Origin: Octopus sinensis
Taxonomy: Eukaryota
Assembly (NCBI RefSeq): GCF_006345805.1
Contig: NW_021834316.1
Location: forward strand, 1-50,201
DNA: 50,201 bases
Direction of reading: 5' to 3'
Shown piece after piece: positions 49,381 to 50,201 of the stretch. The stretch's first letter is position 1. Each line of letters begins with the position of its first letter. The notes beneath the pieces are model-generated. The model was not told the origin of the DNA. It saw only the letters and a program-made list of their open reading frames with translations, and searched no databases. A program made the position numbers and the translations under genes.

Positions 49381-50201
49381 TGAAATTTAAAACCAATATT
49401 AAATTAAAGGGCTTTAAGTAGGGGGCATACGGTGGACCAAATTCAGATCACGAGTAGTTAACCAACATCCGAAGTCTCTAAGTTTTATCTTAATAATTCT
49501 GATGCGCACTCTACCACCTTTTACTCATTTGTTTTTCTCTCTTCTCCCATTATTCTACCCTATTGCTCATTCGTTTTTCTCTCTTCATTTTACCCCTTCT
49601 CCCCCTCCTGTTTTTTCTAACTTCTCCTATCTCCAATTTTTCCCACCCCTTCAGAGTTCTATGCCTGTCATGCTCTCTCTCCATCACTATTCCTCCCTTT
49701 CTCACGTGGCTCCCACGTGACCATCGACCATCTTTATTCTCCCAAATTGTGTTTTTCTCTTTCTCTCCGTTATAGCTGGATCAAGGAAGAATTGTTCTTG
49801 TCTGTCTCTTGTCCAAGCTTGATTTAAGCTTTCGCCGCCACTACAAACTCGTTTAGGCTTAGCCGCCCTTCCTGTTTGTTTTCACTGTCCTGTTTGTGTT
49901 ACCAATTTTGACCCTTCGCAAAATACCAAATTTTATTTGATTTGCTTTGCGGGTGCAACTGCTTTATCGAAAGAGTATCTTCTTGTTAAATGCTCGAAAT
50001 GCGAGAGTAGAAGAACAGCCAGCAACTGATGAAGGCTCGTTTTTGGTGTTGCTTTCTTGTTTTCTATTTGTTTTCGACAGCATAGTTCATATTCCAGGTA
50101 TTTTTCGTAGTACACCATTCGTTGACGCCCTGTGCCCCAATATGCATATATATAATATATATATATAATATATATATATATGTATGTATGTATATATGTA
50201 C

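Noticed and set aside
49965-50060. Hammerhead-like words (gctcgaaatgcg, caactgatgaagg)
   Set aside because: Motifs are in the wrong order or unpaired; at most a decayed PLE-type end.

Overview
Very AT-rich, microsatellite-saturated animal genomic DNA. The repeat content (tRNA-headed SINE families, R4/Dong LINEs, Penelope-like elements, long (TA)n, (ATT)n and (TATG)n tracts) looks like a coleoid cephalopod, most likely Octopus; this is inferred from recognition, not from a database search. I found no intact recognisable host gene, and most ORFs in the supplied track are translations of microsatellites. Supportable content: (1) a full-length, lightly damaged R4/Dong-clade LINE (RT, CCHC knuckle, restriction-like endonuclease) at about 24528-28544. 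It sits inside a (TAA)n-anchored cluster at 23.9-30.6 kb that also holds four copies of a ~560-bp non-coding unit and a second R4-type 3' fragment. (2) Two decayed Penelope-like elements, one with ~390-bp inverted arms. (3) A Tc1/mariner deletion derivative, an L1/Tx1 3' fragment and a third R4-type fragment. (4) About 30 SINE copies from four tRNA-headed families. (5) Several short elements carrying minimal type-I hammerhead-like folds, including a family with a non-canonical CUGU(U/A)GA core and a tRNA-head + hammerhead chimera. A few weak candidate exons are given at low confidence. Coordinates were counted by hand and element ends are approximate.
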